Assembly (NCBI RefSeq): GCF_009914755.1
Contig: NC_060926.1
From: the human T2T-CHM13v2.0 reference genome, Homo sapiens
Strand: one strand, 5' to 3'
Length of the DNA: 64,000 nt
Positions 45,666 through 61,250 of this stretch are shown here, in pieces. Below the pieces are notes generated by a model that was not told the origin of the DNA, made no database searches, and saw nothing but the letters and a program-made list of their open reading frames with translations. The number at the start of each line of letters is the position of its first letter. Within the stretch, counting starts at the first letter, position 1. The position numbers and the translations under genes are program-made.

Positions 45666-46875
45666 ATGCCCAGCCATACCTGTTGTTAAACATTTTGAAT
45701 AACACCCCCATTCTCATCCATTCATTCCCAACAGGCCCTCCCATGGGCACCCTGAGCCTGTGCCTGGAAGATTATCTGGCATTGGCCAAAGCAGCACCTG
45801 GGCAAATTAAGAGCCAAGATGCAGTGTCAAATATACTTGGGTTCAAATCCCAGGGGAAGTCACAGACCCTCTCCAAGCCTCAGCACCTCATCTGTCAAAG
45901 CAGATAATGATTCCTACCTGTGCTATGTGTTTTCTAGTACCCTCCCCTCTTCTTGTTCTAAGAGGCCCAGCTTTCACAGGGTGGGCACATGCCCTAGATG
46001 GGTCACTGTCTGGCCACAGGGATCAGCCCAGGACTGGCCCCTGCATACAGGCAGGACGTACGAGTCTTTCTCTAGAATTTTTCGAAGTGGACAATTGAAG
46101 AGCTCTCATGATAGAAGGGGAAGTTGTGTGCTTTTTCACTATATGAAGACCTTTCCACTCTGCAAAATGAGAAAAAAGGCAACATCTAGAAGGGAGCAGA
46201 GGTGGGGGTGTGTGCTGGTGACCTACTCCTGCTTCCTAGTCCGCAGGCCCCTTGGGATGCTTCGGTTTCTGTAATTCTCCTCCAGTTCTCTGAGTAACAC
46301 CACCGTACTTCCAATCATTCCCTATTTTGAATTTGACCTAGTTTGGCTTTTGTAAGTGAGAAACCTGACTCATATACTGCCTCCCAGGTCTGATGCAAAG
46401 ATGAAATGAAATGAAAATACAAAGCGTTTAGCAAGTTCTTGAACATAATATGGCCTCAATAAATGATGGCTCTTCTTCTTATTACACTAAACTTCCTGGG
46501 GATTCCCTGACACCCTTGTGCCTTGGACAGTTCTGACGTCAGCAGATTTCAAAAGCTCCTTAGCGTCTACTCGTCTTTTCTTGGCCTCCTTAAGGCCAGG
46601 CCTCCAAGCCTGCTGGTCTCAGTGCTGCCCCATGGCCCAGTCCTGCTGCCAACCCCAAGTGATCCCAGAACCTTCCTTCTCATACCACCATTCTCTCCTG
46701 CTCTCACCAGCCTCTTCCTTCTTGCTAGTGACCTTGATTACAGACATGTGGCCTGCCAGGATGACCTCAGGCCAGCTGCTGAGTTAGCAGCAGGTGCTCC
46801 CAGGGTCCACAAAGAAGCCACAAGTAACCTCCCGCAGCTTCCCCACTGGGGAATACCCACTAACTTTAGGACTGA

Positions 46876-47193
<318 letters not shown>

Positions 47194-47699
47194 AACATCC
47201 TACTAGAACAGAGGCATCCAGGTTTCTAGGAGGGTTATATCATCAGAAATCCACAGCAGCACAGGAAGAACACTAGAGATATTTATTGATTAGGAAGGTG
47301 AATGACAAGGATCTATGCTCAATGTTCAACTATTGGGAGAGAATCAAACTGGGTCAAGTGCATATGGCATCCATCTTCACACACATTTTCCTTTTGTCAA
47401 TCATCTTTCATAATTGTGTTATAACAAGTGAAATTACATTAGAAAAACTTGCAATGATATAATGAAGTCCATTCTGTTCTAATTTCAATGAGTAAACTGT
47501 GACATGGCTGTAGCCAGCACCCCCAGGAAGATCAAGTGTGGGCCCCACACACCTTCTGTTCCTGGGAGTTCAGCTACTTTGAGCAAAATGCTTCTTGACA
47601 AGGGTGTCAGGTGGGCTGCCCATTTCACACCCCCAGAGGGTCAGGGCAGCCTGCCTTGTGTCCCTCCACTTGGGGAATAAGTTCTTTGGCTTCCCATCA

Positions 47700-48058
<359 letters not shown>

Positions 48059-48185
48059 GAGAGAGAGAGATAGAGAGCGACAGCCACCACAGCAGTGTGC
48101 TGCTCCTCAGGCAGAGGGCGTGTTAAGACAAGGTCCTCTCCCAAAGGCTCACAGGATGACACCTTGTCCATACTGCATCCGGATA

Positions 48186-48498
48186 CAGTCGGCCTTCCGT
48201 ATCCTCCCGCTCCATATCTGAGGACTCAACCAACTGCATATCAAAAATATTTGGGAATAAGAAACAATACAAATAACAATATAATTTTAAGGTAATGCAA
48301 ATAAATAATACTGTATAACAACTTACATTGTACTCAGCATTATAAGGCATCTAGAGATGATTCCTTATAATACAGGAGGATGTACGTAGGTTATCTGAAA
48401 ATACTACAACATTTTATATAAGGGACAAGGCTCTGCAGATTTTGGTATCCAAGGGGTTGTCCTGGGACCAGCTCCCTGCCGATACTGAGGGATGACTG
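48186..48498 (-). mobile_element. MER2 (TcMar-Tigger) DNA transposon
   Basis: Terminal inverted repeats cagtcggccttccgtatc / gatactgagggatgactg flanked by TA TSDs. Confidence 0.9.
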
Positions 48499-48616
48499 TA
48501 ATTTACAATGAGAGGTACATAGAATGGGCTTGAGCCAGATAGTGTCCTCCCAGCTTACAAAGCTCTGAGAATATTTCAATAAGTTGTTTGGGGGTACGCC
48601 TCTTCTCATTGGCTTC

Positions 48617-49065
48617 TGTAGGGAGTGGAGCGGTGGCCTCCTAAACGGTATGTCCACCCAGAACCTGTGGATGAGACCTTTGGAAAAAACATCTTTGAAG
48701 GTGTAATGAAGTTAAGGATCTTGACATGAGGTCATCCTGGATTTAGAACTGGCCCTGAATGCATTGACCAGTGTCCTAGTAAGAGAAGAGAAGGGGAGAG
48801 AGAGACAGAGAGAAGGTTAGGGATTGGAGGGATGCCTCTTTAAGCCAAGGAATGCTGAGGGCTGCCGGAAGCCCCCAGGAGCTGGAGAGAGGCCTGGAAC
48901 AGTGTCTCCCCCAGAACCTCCAGAAGGAACCAACCGTGACCACACCTTGATTTCAGACTTCTAGTCTCTGGGAACTGTGAGTGGATACATCTCTTGTTGT
49001 GATTCTGTTGCTCTGTTGTTGTACCCAATGTGTGGTCATTGCTACGGCAGCCACAGGTAGTGAAT
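48617..49065 (+). mobile_element. MLT1B/C LTR
   Basis: tatgtccacccagaacctgtggatgagacc..; cacaccttgatttcagacttctagtctc. Confidence 0.85.
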
Positions 49066-49298
49066 GCACCTCCCAAGACAAGCTTTCATTGCCCAGTGAC
49101 CCCCAGCACCAGCTTTAATCTTAGTCTCATTTTTGTTGGAGTATAACCATACATGACTGCCAGCAAAACTTAAGATTGAAATAAACCTGATGCTTGCCTG
49201 ATGCTGACCTTTGAGAGGCATTACCCTCGATGCCAAAAGATTAAGAGGACCTGGAAGTGCCAGTGGGCAGTGCACTGTGTCACAAAAAATAAGAAATA

Positions 49299-49592
49299 GG
49301 CCAGATGTGAGGACTTAGGCCTGTAATCTCAGCACTTTGGGAGGTCGAAGCCCAGGAATTCAAGATGAGCCTGGGAAAGATGACAAAACTCTGTCTCTGC
49401 AAAAAATTAAAAAATTAGCTGGGCGTGTTGGCACATGCTTGTAGTCCCAGCTACTCAGGAGGCTGAGGTAGGAGGATGTCTTGAGCCCAGGAAGTTGAGG
49501 TGGCCATGAGCTATGATCATGCCACTTCACTCCTGCCTGGACCACAAAGAAACACCACCACCCCCAACTCTAAAGAAGAAAAAAATGTTTTT
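49299..49592 (+). mobile_element. AluJ (internally deleted)
   Basis: J-type body; TSD aaa(a/g)taagaaata. Confidence 0.88.
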
Positions 49593-49882
49593 AAAGTAAG
49601 AAATAGAAGGTGGTTGAACGAGACCCCAGAGAACATATGCCCAGAAATTGGAGAAAATTTTGCATGCACAGACTCATTGTCACCAACCATCTAATAACCA
49701 GCAGCTTGCCTGGCATTGCAGGTTCTTGTGGTGGTGGGTGGAGTGTGTAGGTGTTCAACGCTAATCATGCTAAGCTTTGCTATGTCAACAGATAAACTCT
49801 GAAGTCTCAGTGGTGCAACACAGCAGAAGTTTTTGTCTAGCTCACATCACAGTTGGCTGCAGACTGAGCACAGTGACTCTAG

Positions 49883-50251
<369 letters not shown>

Positions 50252-50884
50252 TCCTTCAGTTATCTTAGAATCCATTGCTCTCCACTCCCCTCTCCAGAGG
50301 GGAATGGAAGCAAGGAGAATGGATATTCTCTTGGAACTGTCCTTTTCCCCTCTAGTTACATTGGTAAGAACCAGTGGCATGGTCCCATCTCGATCCATGG
50401 GTCTGAGAAAGGGGAGACATGTGAGTGTGCAGGGGCGCAGGGAGATTCTGCCTCAGTGGGCGTGGAAGGGACCAGGAGGGGTTGTGATGTCGGGTGTAGG
50501 TAGTGACTGCCAGCATCTCTTGAGACTGCACATCACCTCGGGTCATGCATGCAGCTATTCCGAGGTCCAAGCATCTTAAGATTCTAAAAAAAAAAAAAAG
50601 GTTACGAAAGTCATGGATACTGAGAGATGTCCTTGAAATCTGACAAAACAAGTCTCATGAATATGTGAGGCCACACCAGCAACCAACTGGTATTGCTGTT
50701 TCCCTTCCTGCCCCATGTGCTGGCAGGGGCCGTTGCAATAGCCACGTCATGAAGGCAGAGCTGCGCATTTTCCAGGTGCTCTCCAGCTGTGGGCATGCAT
50801 TTCCCTTCTGTAGCGTTCACCCTCTACACTGGGTTCGGCAAGTGTACATGCGAGGGCAGCCTATCACGCGTTGCATCTGTCTTC

Positions 50885-51065
50885 TGCAATACTGAAACCA
50901 TGGCTTCGTTCCTTGCTACTCAGACCAGCAGGGTCAGCATCACCAGGCAGCTTGTTAGAAGTACAGAAGTTTGGGCCCCACCTGGGCCTAATAAACAAGA
51001 CTTGGTGTTTTTCTAGCAAGTGCTCCAGGTGAGTCCTATGTGTATTACAGTTTGAGAAGCAAAGA
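50885..51065. mobile_element. MER5A hAT relic
   Basis: cagaccagcagggtcagcatcaccaggcagcttgttagaagtacaga..ccaggtgagtcc..agtttgagaagc. Confidence 0.75.
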
Positions 51066-51921
51066 TCTATAGAATGTGTTCATTCCAGAGCAAGTCAGTA
51101 AGAACGGTAGATTAATGTCTAACTTGAATGGTGTTGATCATAATCCTAAAAGGGAACCGGATAGACAAGAGTTAATCTGAGTTTAAGAAGATCCAGACAC
51201 AAAGACCGATCTGGAAGATCAACTTGGTCAAGGAAGAACAACTTGGAAACACAAGAACCCTTTTTACAGACTATTGAGTCCTTGGCTGAACTATAATGAT
51301 GAATGAGTTCCTTATAGGAGTATAAGAGTGTAAATGTGCACACAGGTAGACATTCAAATGCTTTCATTTGGCAAAGCACCTGCAATTGGAATCAGCATCC
51401 TGACTTTACTGTAAGACAAACGGCAAAGTCACAGCCTACACCATGGAGTGCTGTTCTGGAATCAGTGCATATTTCTGGGAGTGTGAAAACCTAAGATCTG
51501 AAAGATGAAAGAAGAAATGTTAGAAATCATTGGTCAATGGCACCAGGCTGTTTTTTTCTTTTCTTTTTTTTTTTTTTTTTCTCCCAGGCCTGTTCAACCC
51601 TTGAGTCTTACCAGAGGAACCCTCTAATGTGATTTAGTACTCAAGGGCCCAACTGTAGCAGTTAAAGTGGATAACAGAAACTCAAACAAGCCCTCGTTAA
51701 TAACTTAATTAAATCTGCCTGGGATATCATTTTCCTTGGCTGTTCAAATTTAGTCGTATAAGAATGGCAGTCTCTACTGGGTACAAACAAGTAAACTGTG
51801 ATATCACTTATCATTCTCATCAGGCTGGCTAGAAAGGAATCCGTTCCTAAGGATCTTTCAAGATGACAAGTCTTGTCAGATAAGGTACTATGTTTGGGTG
51901 GGTTTTTTCTTTTTCAATTTT

Positions 51922-52246
51922 TTTATTTTTCTTTTTTCTTTTTTTTTTTTTTTTTTTTTTTTTTGAGACAGAGTCTCGTTCTGTCGCCCAGGCTGGAGCA
52001 CAGTGGCATGATCTCAGCTCACCGCAACCTCTGCCTCCTGGGTTCAAGTGATTCCCCTGCCTCAGCCTTCTCAGTAGCTGGGATTACAGGCATGTGCCAC
52101 CATGCCCGGCTAATTTTTGTATTTTTAGTAGAGACAGAGTTTCACCATGTTGGCCAGGTTGGTCTCGAACTCCTGACCTCAGGTGATCCCCTAGCCTCGG
52201 CCTTCCAAAGTGCTGGGATTACACGCATGAGCCACCGCACCTGACC
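51922..52246 (-). mobile_element. AluSx
   Basis: TSD tctttttcaatttt; long poly-T. Confidence 0.95.
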
Positions 52247-52254
52247 TCTTTTTC

Positions 52255-53125
52255 AATTTTAAAACTTGAGATAAAATTCACATACTATGAGATTCATGTT
52301 TTTAAAAAACAATGTTGTGATTTTGAGTGCATTCACAGTGCTGTATAGTCATCATCACTGCCTAGTTCTAGAACATTTTCATCACCCAGAAAAGAAACCC
52401 TGTACCCACTGCTGTCAATCTCTCCCACCCACAACCCCTCCAAGCCCCTGCCCACCACTCATCTACTTTCTGTCTCTCTGATTTGCCTATTGTGGACATT
52501 TCCTATAAATGGCACCATACAATATGTGTTCTTTTGTGTCTGGTTTCTTTCACTTAGCATAATGCTTGCTATGTTTATCCGTGTTGTAGTGTGTGTCAGT
52601 GCCTTATTCCTTTTCATGGCTGAATAATATTCTGCTGTACAGATATACCACATTTTGTTTATCCATTCATTAGTCGATGGACATTTGGGTGTTTCCACTT
52701 TGGGGCTATTATGAATAATGCTCCATGAACATAAATGTACGAGTTTTTCTGTAAACACATGCTTTCAACTCTCTTGGGTGGAGACCTAGGCGAGGGATTG
52801 ATGGATCCGTTGGTAATTCTGTTTATTTTTTTGAGGAATGGCCAAATTGTTTCCACGGATGCTGCAGCATCTAACATCTCATCAGTAATGTATGAGGGTT
52901 ACCAACGTTTGGTTTCCCGGTTTTTGTTTTTTATTTTAAAATTATGGCCATCCTCAGGGGTGTGAAATGATGTCTCATTGTGGTTTTATCTGCAATCCAG
53001 AAATGATTAATGATGTTGAGCCTCTTTTCCTGTGCTTATTGGCCATTTGTATATCTTCTTTGGAGACGTGTCTATTCAAATTCTTTGCCCATTTTTAAAT
53101 TAGGTTGTCTTTGTTGTTGAAGATA
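52255..53125 (-). mobile_element. L1MB-type 3' end
   Basis: ORF 52459-52758 PKCPSTNEWINKMWYICTAEYYSAMKRN matches the L1 ORF2p C-terminus. Confidence 0.92.
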
Positions 53126-53375
53126 GTATTTTTTTTGTGTCATAATTGGTTAAATTAGCTAAAGGTAAATGGTTTTTGCTTATATCACTACCTTTAGCAG
53201 AGACATTTTCACCTGGCAAAGCATATAAGAGACAACCTAATGGCTGTCTTATACACTGGGTTTCTATGGCCACATCTATAAAAGTTTCCCTTGAGATGAA
53301 CAGTATCTTATTGAATTGAACAGGGAGAAATTGATGATGAGGATTAACTTGATTTGCTCACAAAATGATGTTATA

Positions 53376-53713
<338 letters not shown>

Positions 53714-54345
53714 TCAGTTTTAGTATTTCCATATAAAATAGTAGAATCTTATTTGCACTTATTTTGGAGCAGATTCTCCAATCTTGTTGAAGAATTAACA
53801 TCCCACCAAGGTTTAGGGGCTGTCACAAATGTCACATACACGGTTCCTTCAGGAGCATCTGTGTCTCATGATAGGTTATTCTTAGTACTTGCAGCTCTGT
53901 GAGGTAGGTCTTATGCACCAATTTAAATATAGGGAAACAGGCTGAGTGAGTGTGTGACAATTTACTCAGGGTCACACAGCTAATAAGTGACAGGAATTGA
54001 ATGAAAATATTGTTCATTTATTTAGCATCTTCTATGGATGTGGACTCTGAAAAGTTAAGAAAATTACCCAGGGTCACATGGTAGTTATGAACCTGAGCTA
54101 CAGTTTGAATGTACACAGGCCTGATTCCAAAACTGCCACCTGCTCTGAGGTTACACTGTCTCTTTTGGCATTTTTGTTAATTCATACCACATTTCTCATT
54201 CTAAGTAAAAATCCATCTAAGCATGGTGACATGCATATCTCTGAGTTGTCTCCTCACTGTGGGATTTGACTTACCTCACTCCTGGCATAGCAGGCTTATT
54301 TTTCTGCATTCAAATATTTATGCCAATATGTTACATCTCAAGATA

Positions 54346-54658
<313 letters not shown>

Positions 54659-54909
54659 TAGCATTTTAGCACGGATTTTTACCCTGAAACTCAGCTATAA
54701 AACTTATGTAATATTAACAAGATGAGAGCTCCCTGTGAACGTAGGAGGCTGAATGGGAAGTGGGTACAGGGCCAGGTGTAATCAGTGAATAGGCAGCTGT
54801 CCCCAGTGCCTTCTGTGAGGACTTCCCCATAGTTTGTGGTTTCCTGGTGTCTTGAAGCTAATTAAACTTGGAGATTCAGATTCACGACGTCTCAATTCAC
54901 AGAAATCAT

Positions 54910-55346
54910 GAGTTATGGTTGAATGGCATCCCCTGCAAAAGATATTGAAGTCTTAACTCCTCGTACCGTGAATGAGACCTTATTTGGAAATAGAGTATTT
55001 GCAGATGATCAAGTTTAGATGGGGTCACTAGGTGAGCCCTATTCCAACATGATCATGTCCTCACAAAAAGGTGAAATTTGGACACAGAGACCTGCACACA
55101 GGGAGAATGTCATGTGAGGGTTGGGGTGATGCTGCCGCAAACAGGAAAACCAAAGATTGCCAGCAAACCACCAGAAGCTGGGGGAGAAGCCTGGAACACA
55201 CACCCTGGTGGCCTCAGAAGGAACCAACCCTGCTGACACCTCGGTCTCAGGCTTTCAGCCTCCACAACTAGATGACAACACAGTTCTGTTGCCAAAGCCC
55301 CTCTGTTTGTGGTGTGTTGCCATGGCAGCCCTGGGAAACTAACACA
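54910..55346 (+). mobile_element. MLT1B LTR
   Basis: gaatgagaccttatttggaaatag..; gcagccctgggaaactaacaca. Confidence 0.88.
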
Positions 55347-55924
55347 CCAACTCACAAACCAAAATGTAAACGGGTTAATTTGCCGTTAGAGTTGTACCTG
55401 CCAAGGGGGCATTTATTTGTGTCTGCTGTCCAGGCTCTCCACCCCACGTAGGAAAACCATGGCAGCCATCAGTGGCCACACTGGCTGTTGAAAGAGTGAG
55501 GTCTCTGCTGCCAGCGTCTCTTGGGGTCTCCTGTTTTCCACGCCTTGTTGGCTGGCCTGGGCCCTGTGGGTGGACACCATCCTTATGTGGATCCACTAAC
55601 TGCTTTGTCCAGATCTAACTCTGGCCAGGACAGTAGCCTGTCTCTTTAAGTTTCCTTCTTATATACCGATACTCATCCGTGACAAATCGACATTACAGTT
55701 TGACTCTTACAGGTGAGCCATATTTTCAATGGGGAGGGTGTCTTCTGTTGCTTCCAGTTTCCTGATTATTTCTTCTGAAAACCAAGGGTTATTCATCATC
55801 CAATAAACACTAAATGGTATTTAGGTATTCCTAAGTATCAGGCCCTGTGCTAGGCTCTGGGGATTTAGAAATCAACACGTTGGATAAAACTCTCTGCCTC
55901 CGTGGTGCTTTCATTCTAGGAGGG

Positions 55925-56445
55925 TGTGGTGGGCAGAATAATGGTCCCCCAAATGCTCATGTCCTAATTGCTGAAACCTGTGAATATGTTACCCCACACG
56001 GCGTAAAGAACGCTGTGGATGTGATTAAGCTGAGGACCTTGAGGTGGGGAGTTTGTCCTGGATTATTTGGGTGGGCCCGGTGTCTTCATAAGGGTTCTTA
56101 TAAGAGAAAGACCAGAGTCAGAGAGAGATTTGAAGGTGCTGTGCGGCTGGCTTTGAAGATATTAGGTTGGTGCAAAAATAATTGCATTTTTTACCATTAG
56201 TAACGGCAATTACTTTTGCACCAACCTAATAAAAGGGAGGCCATGAGTCAAGGAACATGGGCAGCCTCTAGAAGCTGGAGAAGGCGAGGAACAGACTCTC
56301 CCCTGGGGCTGCAGAAGGAGCAACCTCTGCTGACACCTGGATTTGAGGCCTTCTGATCCCTAGAACTGTAAAAGAATGCATTTGTGTTATTTGGGGCCAC
56401 TAAGTTTGTGGCCATTTTTTTCAGGAGCAGTGGAAACTAACACAT
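55925..56445 (+). mobile_element. MLT1D LTR containing MADE1
   Basis: tgtggtgggcagaataatggtcccccaaatg..ggaaactaacaca. Confidence 0.88.
56162..56229. mobile_element. MADE1 mariner MITE (68 bp, internally deleted)
   Basis: ttaggttggtgcaaaa..ttttgcaccaacctaa inverted ends with TA TSDs. Confidence 0.95.
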
Positions 56446-56703
56446 AGGAGAGACAGACAATGAACAAATCATTGAGGAAAATGCGTATTATGTCAGTGGA
56501 ATTATGTGCCATGGAGAAAAATGATGCAGGGAGGGGAGAGACAGTGAGGGATGGGAGTTACAATTTAAAATGAGGCTGGGCAAGGCTGGACCCAGAAGGG
56601 GATGTTGGAGCAAAGACCTGAAGGAAAGGAAGGATGGAGCCAGGCAGTCCCTTGGGGGACAAGTGTCCTAGGGAGAGGGAACTGCCAGTGCAAGGACCTC
56701 TTG

Positions 56704-56912
56704 CAGGCTTCCTCAACCTCAGTGCTATTGACATTCTGGGCCAGATCATTGTCTGGGGAGCTGTCCCAGGCATGGTAAGATGTTCAGTGGCATCCTGGCC
56801 TCTACCCACCTGATGCCTGTAGCCCCCTCCCCTTAATGGTGACACCCAAGCATGTCTCAGGACATTGCCATTGCACCTGGAGGACAAAATCACCCATGGT
56901 TGACAGCCACTG
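56704..56912 (-). mobile_element. MER20 hAT element
   Basis: ctcaacctcagtgctattgacattctgggccagat..gacaaaatcacccatggttgacagccactg. Confidence 0.88.
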
Positions 56913-57309
56913 CTTTAAAGGGACCAGAGAAACATGGCTGAGGCACGAAATTTTCTGGGGTGCTGGCATGATACAAAGCCAAGGTCCCAACAAATGAATG
57001 AATGCTCTGATGCTTGCATTCAGGGAACAGCAGCATCAGCCTCACTGGGAACTTACTAGAAAAGCAGAATCTCATGACATACCCCAGCCCCACCAAGTCA
57101 GGATGCGCGATGCAACGGAATCCCCAGGCAGGCAGTAAGTATGCCCATCAGATTTGAAAGGCGCTGGTTCAGAGATCCCTGTGCGGTCCTTCTCAGCTGC
57201 AATGGTGGTGGATGCTGCACCAATTAGGAGTCCATTCATGAGACAGATATCCTGGGGTACCTGCCATGTGCAAGTTTCCAGCTCAGGGCTGTGTAGAGCT
57301 GCCTCATGG

Positions 57310-57540
57310 CAGGTGCACAGGCTCTGAGGTCAGACTGCCTGGGTTCAAATCCTCACTCTGCATAGTAGCACTGTGACCCTGGCAAGGCACCCAGCACCTC
57401 CAAGCCTGTTTCTGTATTTCTGTAGTGAGGCTAATGATAAAAATAGTCCTGATTCCATGATGTTTACTGTCAGGGGTAAGAAGGACAGCCCAACTAACAT
57501 GTTTGGCTCAGTGCTTGGCACTCCAAAAGTGGTCAACCTT
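57310..57540 (+). mobile_element. MIR, followed by (TCTA/TCTG)n at 57554-57588
   Basis: ggctctgaggtcagactgcctgggttcaaatcctcactctg. Confidence 0.85.
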
Positions 57541-57939
57541 TGTTTTTAAGAGTATCTATCTGTCTGTCTATCTGTCTGTCTGTCTATCCAAAGGAGGCAG
57601 TTGGTGGAGGCAGGAAGTACATGCCTACCTCATAGTGCTTCAGAGAGGATTAAATGAGATGACTGTCAAGTGCTCAATTCAGCATCTAATATAAAACAAA
57701 CACTGCATGAATGGCAGTAATTAATATTATCAGAATAATTTCTTTTGAGAAAATGAACAGTGGTAAAGGGCTTAACAATGAATGACGTTCTCAGCTGTTT
57801 ACTCTGAATTACACTCTTGTGGCCAGAATGTCCTTGGCTCCTTGGCAGTAATTGTCAAACCAGGATGGGAGCAGTCAGTCCTTCCACTCCCCCAGCCTGG
57901 GCCAAGCAAGGCAGGTTTCCATCTGCTTGTGACCTCTTG

Positions 57940-58550
57940 TCACACACAGAGAGGGTGGAGAGGCTTCTCTCACATGGCAGCTCTTGTGGGGAGCTCTCAT
58001 TGTTTTTGCAACATCAGGGTTGGTGATGGTGTCTGAAGGATAGCTGAAATCCCAAGCCCTGAGTTCAGGCAGTCCTGGGGTTGGTTATTCCAGCAGTTGG
58101 ATGACATTTTCTAAGACCTAGGTTCCTTTCATATTTCCTTTCTGCCATCCTCAGTGTCTGGGTTGGCTCTCCTCATGGGATCAGGATGGCTGCAGTCACT
58201 CCAGGCATCACATCTTCATTTGCTGAAATTCAGAGACAGCAAAGGAGAGCCATATGGTCCCTATGTCTCATTTTCCAATATAAAATTTTTTTTCCAAAGC
58301 CCACCCGCTCTCTCTTCTACAAAAAGCCTTTCCTTTCATCCTCATTGGTCAGAATGGCAACAGGACCTATCCTAAGCAAATTGCGGGCAACAGGAATGAT
58401 TGATTTTATGGTTGATATTAATTTCTCTTAAAGCTGGGGATAGGGTAGCCTTTTCTGAATACAAAACCATGAGACAGAAGGTGCCATCCAAGCAAAATCA
58501 GGGTCCTGCCAGCAAGATAAGATATTGACTGTATAGGTTACCTGCAGTGT
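57940..58550 (-). mobile_element. Old MLT1 (J/K-like) LTR
   Basis: ggatggctgcagtcactccaggcatcacatc..; ctcattggtcagaat. Confidence 0.6.
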
Positions 58551-59183
58551 CTCCTTCTGAGGCCTTCACCCCATATCAGACCCTTTAATCTCTGATTCCA
58601 GCATCCAATTATCTATACAATCAGATTCAGGAAGAGCAGAATTAAGACACAGCCTGCATTTCAGGGGGAAGTAGTCATTCGCAATACTTCTGCAGGAAAT
58701 TCTTAACTCTATGACAGCAACCGGATTGCAGGCAGACCACACATCTCCCTTTAGGTTGATGGAGCCCTGGTTTAGAACCCGGAGCTGGGCCCACACCAAG
58801 ATTCCCATCCATCCCAGGATTTCTAATCAGTTAAGGCATCTCTTGGGAAGAACTCCATGGAGGGGACTAGTGGGCTGATACACCTGAGAAAGGCTCCAGG
58901 AGAGAGAGCCAGTGTCAGATAAAAGGGGGATTCTGGGATGGCACAGCATTAGACACTCAGATAATCCCTGGGCTCTTTGACTCCTGTGTTCCTTATGTGC
59001 AAGAGCAGACACTGAGGAGCCAGGCCCCCGAAATATCTGCAGGACATTGAGAATGGGGCGGACCCAGGTGGGGTCACCAGTGTTTGGGGTTAGCAGTTTG
59101 AGCCATCATGCTGATCATGATGATCAGCTTCTCCAAAACCTGCAAAACTGGCACTGCCTCCAGGAGTCAGGGAAGGAAAGGAA

Positions 59184-59226
59184 GTGGAGGAGGCTGAGGA
59201 CATGTGGAGGAGGCTGAGGACATGTG
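59184..59226. repeat. 20-bp perfect tandem duplication
   Basis: gtggaggaggctgaggacat x2 + gtg. Confidence 0.95.
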
Positions 59227-60637
59227 TACAATGAACATCCCTCCCTGCCCCAGGAAATCTCTGAAAGAGTTGGAGAAGGATTTTGAGGGGGGCAGAATTC
59301 TTCACATGGCAGGTACCAGGACCACAGAGTAATATCCTTAGGGAACATACATTGCTTCTGGCTCTATCCCAAGGCTGGTGTGGCTTGCAATGGTGGGTTT
59401 GGTTAAATTTGTGACTTTCTCTTTGGTAAAATGATGGATGCTTTGCACTGGAGTCAAGCACCTCACTTGATCATTTAGGCCTGACTCACCTACTAGAATA
59501 TCAGCCCTCTGAGGACAAGTGCCTTTGCCTATATCACAGTCTCCCCAATATTGTGGGTGTCACTATTGGTTGTCCATTCTGTTTTTGGAAGCTTTTTTAT
59601 ATGATAAATACAGCATCCCAGCACACTTCAAATTACATAGCAATGCAAATTTTCATTCATGTAATAATGGATTCAAACACATATTTATGAAATAAACTGT
59701 TGCAATGATCATTACTTACCATGATGCCTTTTAAATGTTACAATTGTAGTTTTTTTTAGTTGTTATGAGGCATAGGCAGTTGAAATTAACTGCACAGTGA
59801 GTTAGCGTTTAAGGAAATGGAAACACCCAGGAGTAGCCATTAGAAGAATGAGAATTCTGCAAACCACAGATAGAGGAGGCTCATTTCCCCCACAGCCACT
59901 TACTGGAAACTTCCACTAAAGATTCAATGCCCAGAATCTCACAAGGAAAGATGTTTTCCCTTAGGAAGTCTCCTTTGGTTTACTCTCCATGAGCTGGAAG
60001 TCTTATCAGTGAAAATGAAGAGGGAGCGAGCACCAGGGCTGTTTGGCCTGTCTGTGAAAAACAGACCAGCAGAATTCCCCTACACGCAGGAGGGGGCATC
60101 CTGCCATCAGCGGGGAGAAGGGGTCACAGCCGAAGCATCATATGCATCCTTGCCGTGTGTGTGACTTGCCTTGCAGCTTGCATGGTGCTTTTCTGTCTAG
60201 TGTTTCATTTTACCTTTAAAACAATACTGAGAGGTAGGCAGGATGGGGATTCTCAGCCTCATCCTGTAGTTGAGCGGTCTGAGGTTGAGTGGGGTTAGAC
60301 AGGTGACTCATTCAAGATCACATCCCCAAATGCAGACCCAGTGACACCTGACACTCCTCCCTGTCCATCCTCTGTGGGGTAGGCATCGTCCCCGACACAA
60401 ACACTCCTGAAAGGAAAACTGAAAACAAAATTGTTCAGGGACAGAATCTGAAGCAAGAGGGGTTGTCTTCTAGACACTGGGAGGTGCTAAGGAGAGAAAG
60501 CAAGGTGCAGTGCTGGGATGTCGGCAGAGCCCTGGCAGTGGGGGAAGGGGGAGGGGAAGGAGGTCACCCTTTCTGTCATCAGCATGAGGGTGGTGATGCA
60601 GGCTGGCAACACAAACCGTCCATCCTCGTCTTCCTAG

Positions 60638-60955
<318 letters not shown>

Positions 60956-61009
60956 CAGAGCCCAATATTTTTTAAACTGCAGAACCTTCCTGATCAAAGG
61001 GCAGCAGGT

Positions 61010-61250
61010 TAGTGGAGCCTCCAAGAGCCCAGCCCTTGGGTTGAAGGGATCTGGGTCTTAAACTAGTTCCACCCTCGCAGAACATTAGCTAATCTCCTCT
61101 GAACCTCGGTTTCCTCATCTGTAAGTGCAAATAAAATTAGTTGATCTCTTGGGGCCTTTGGGAGGAAAAATTATCAAGGAAGTGAAGCACTTAGCATGGT
61201 ATCTAGCATATACTAAGCACTCAGTAAAGGCTGCAGTGGCTATTACCATG
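61010..61250 (+). mobile_element. MIR
   Basis: ctctgaacctcggtttcctcatctgtaa core. Confidence 0.85.

Larger units (their letters stand above)
55790..56990 (-). mobile_element. L2 relic hosting MLT1D and MER20
   Basis: caggccctgtgctaggctctgggga..; ggagagacagacaatgaacaaat.. Confidence 0.7.
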
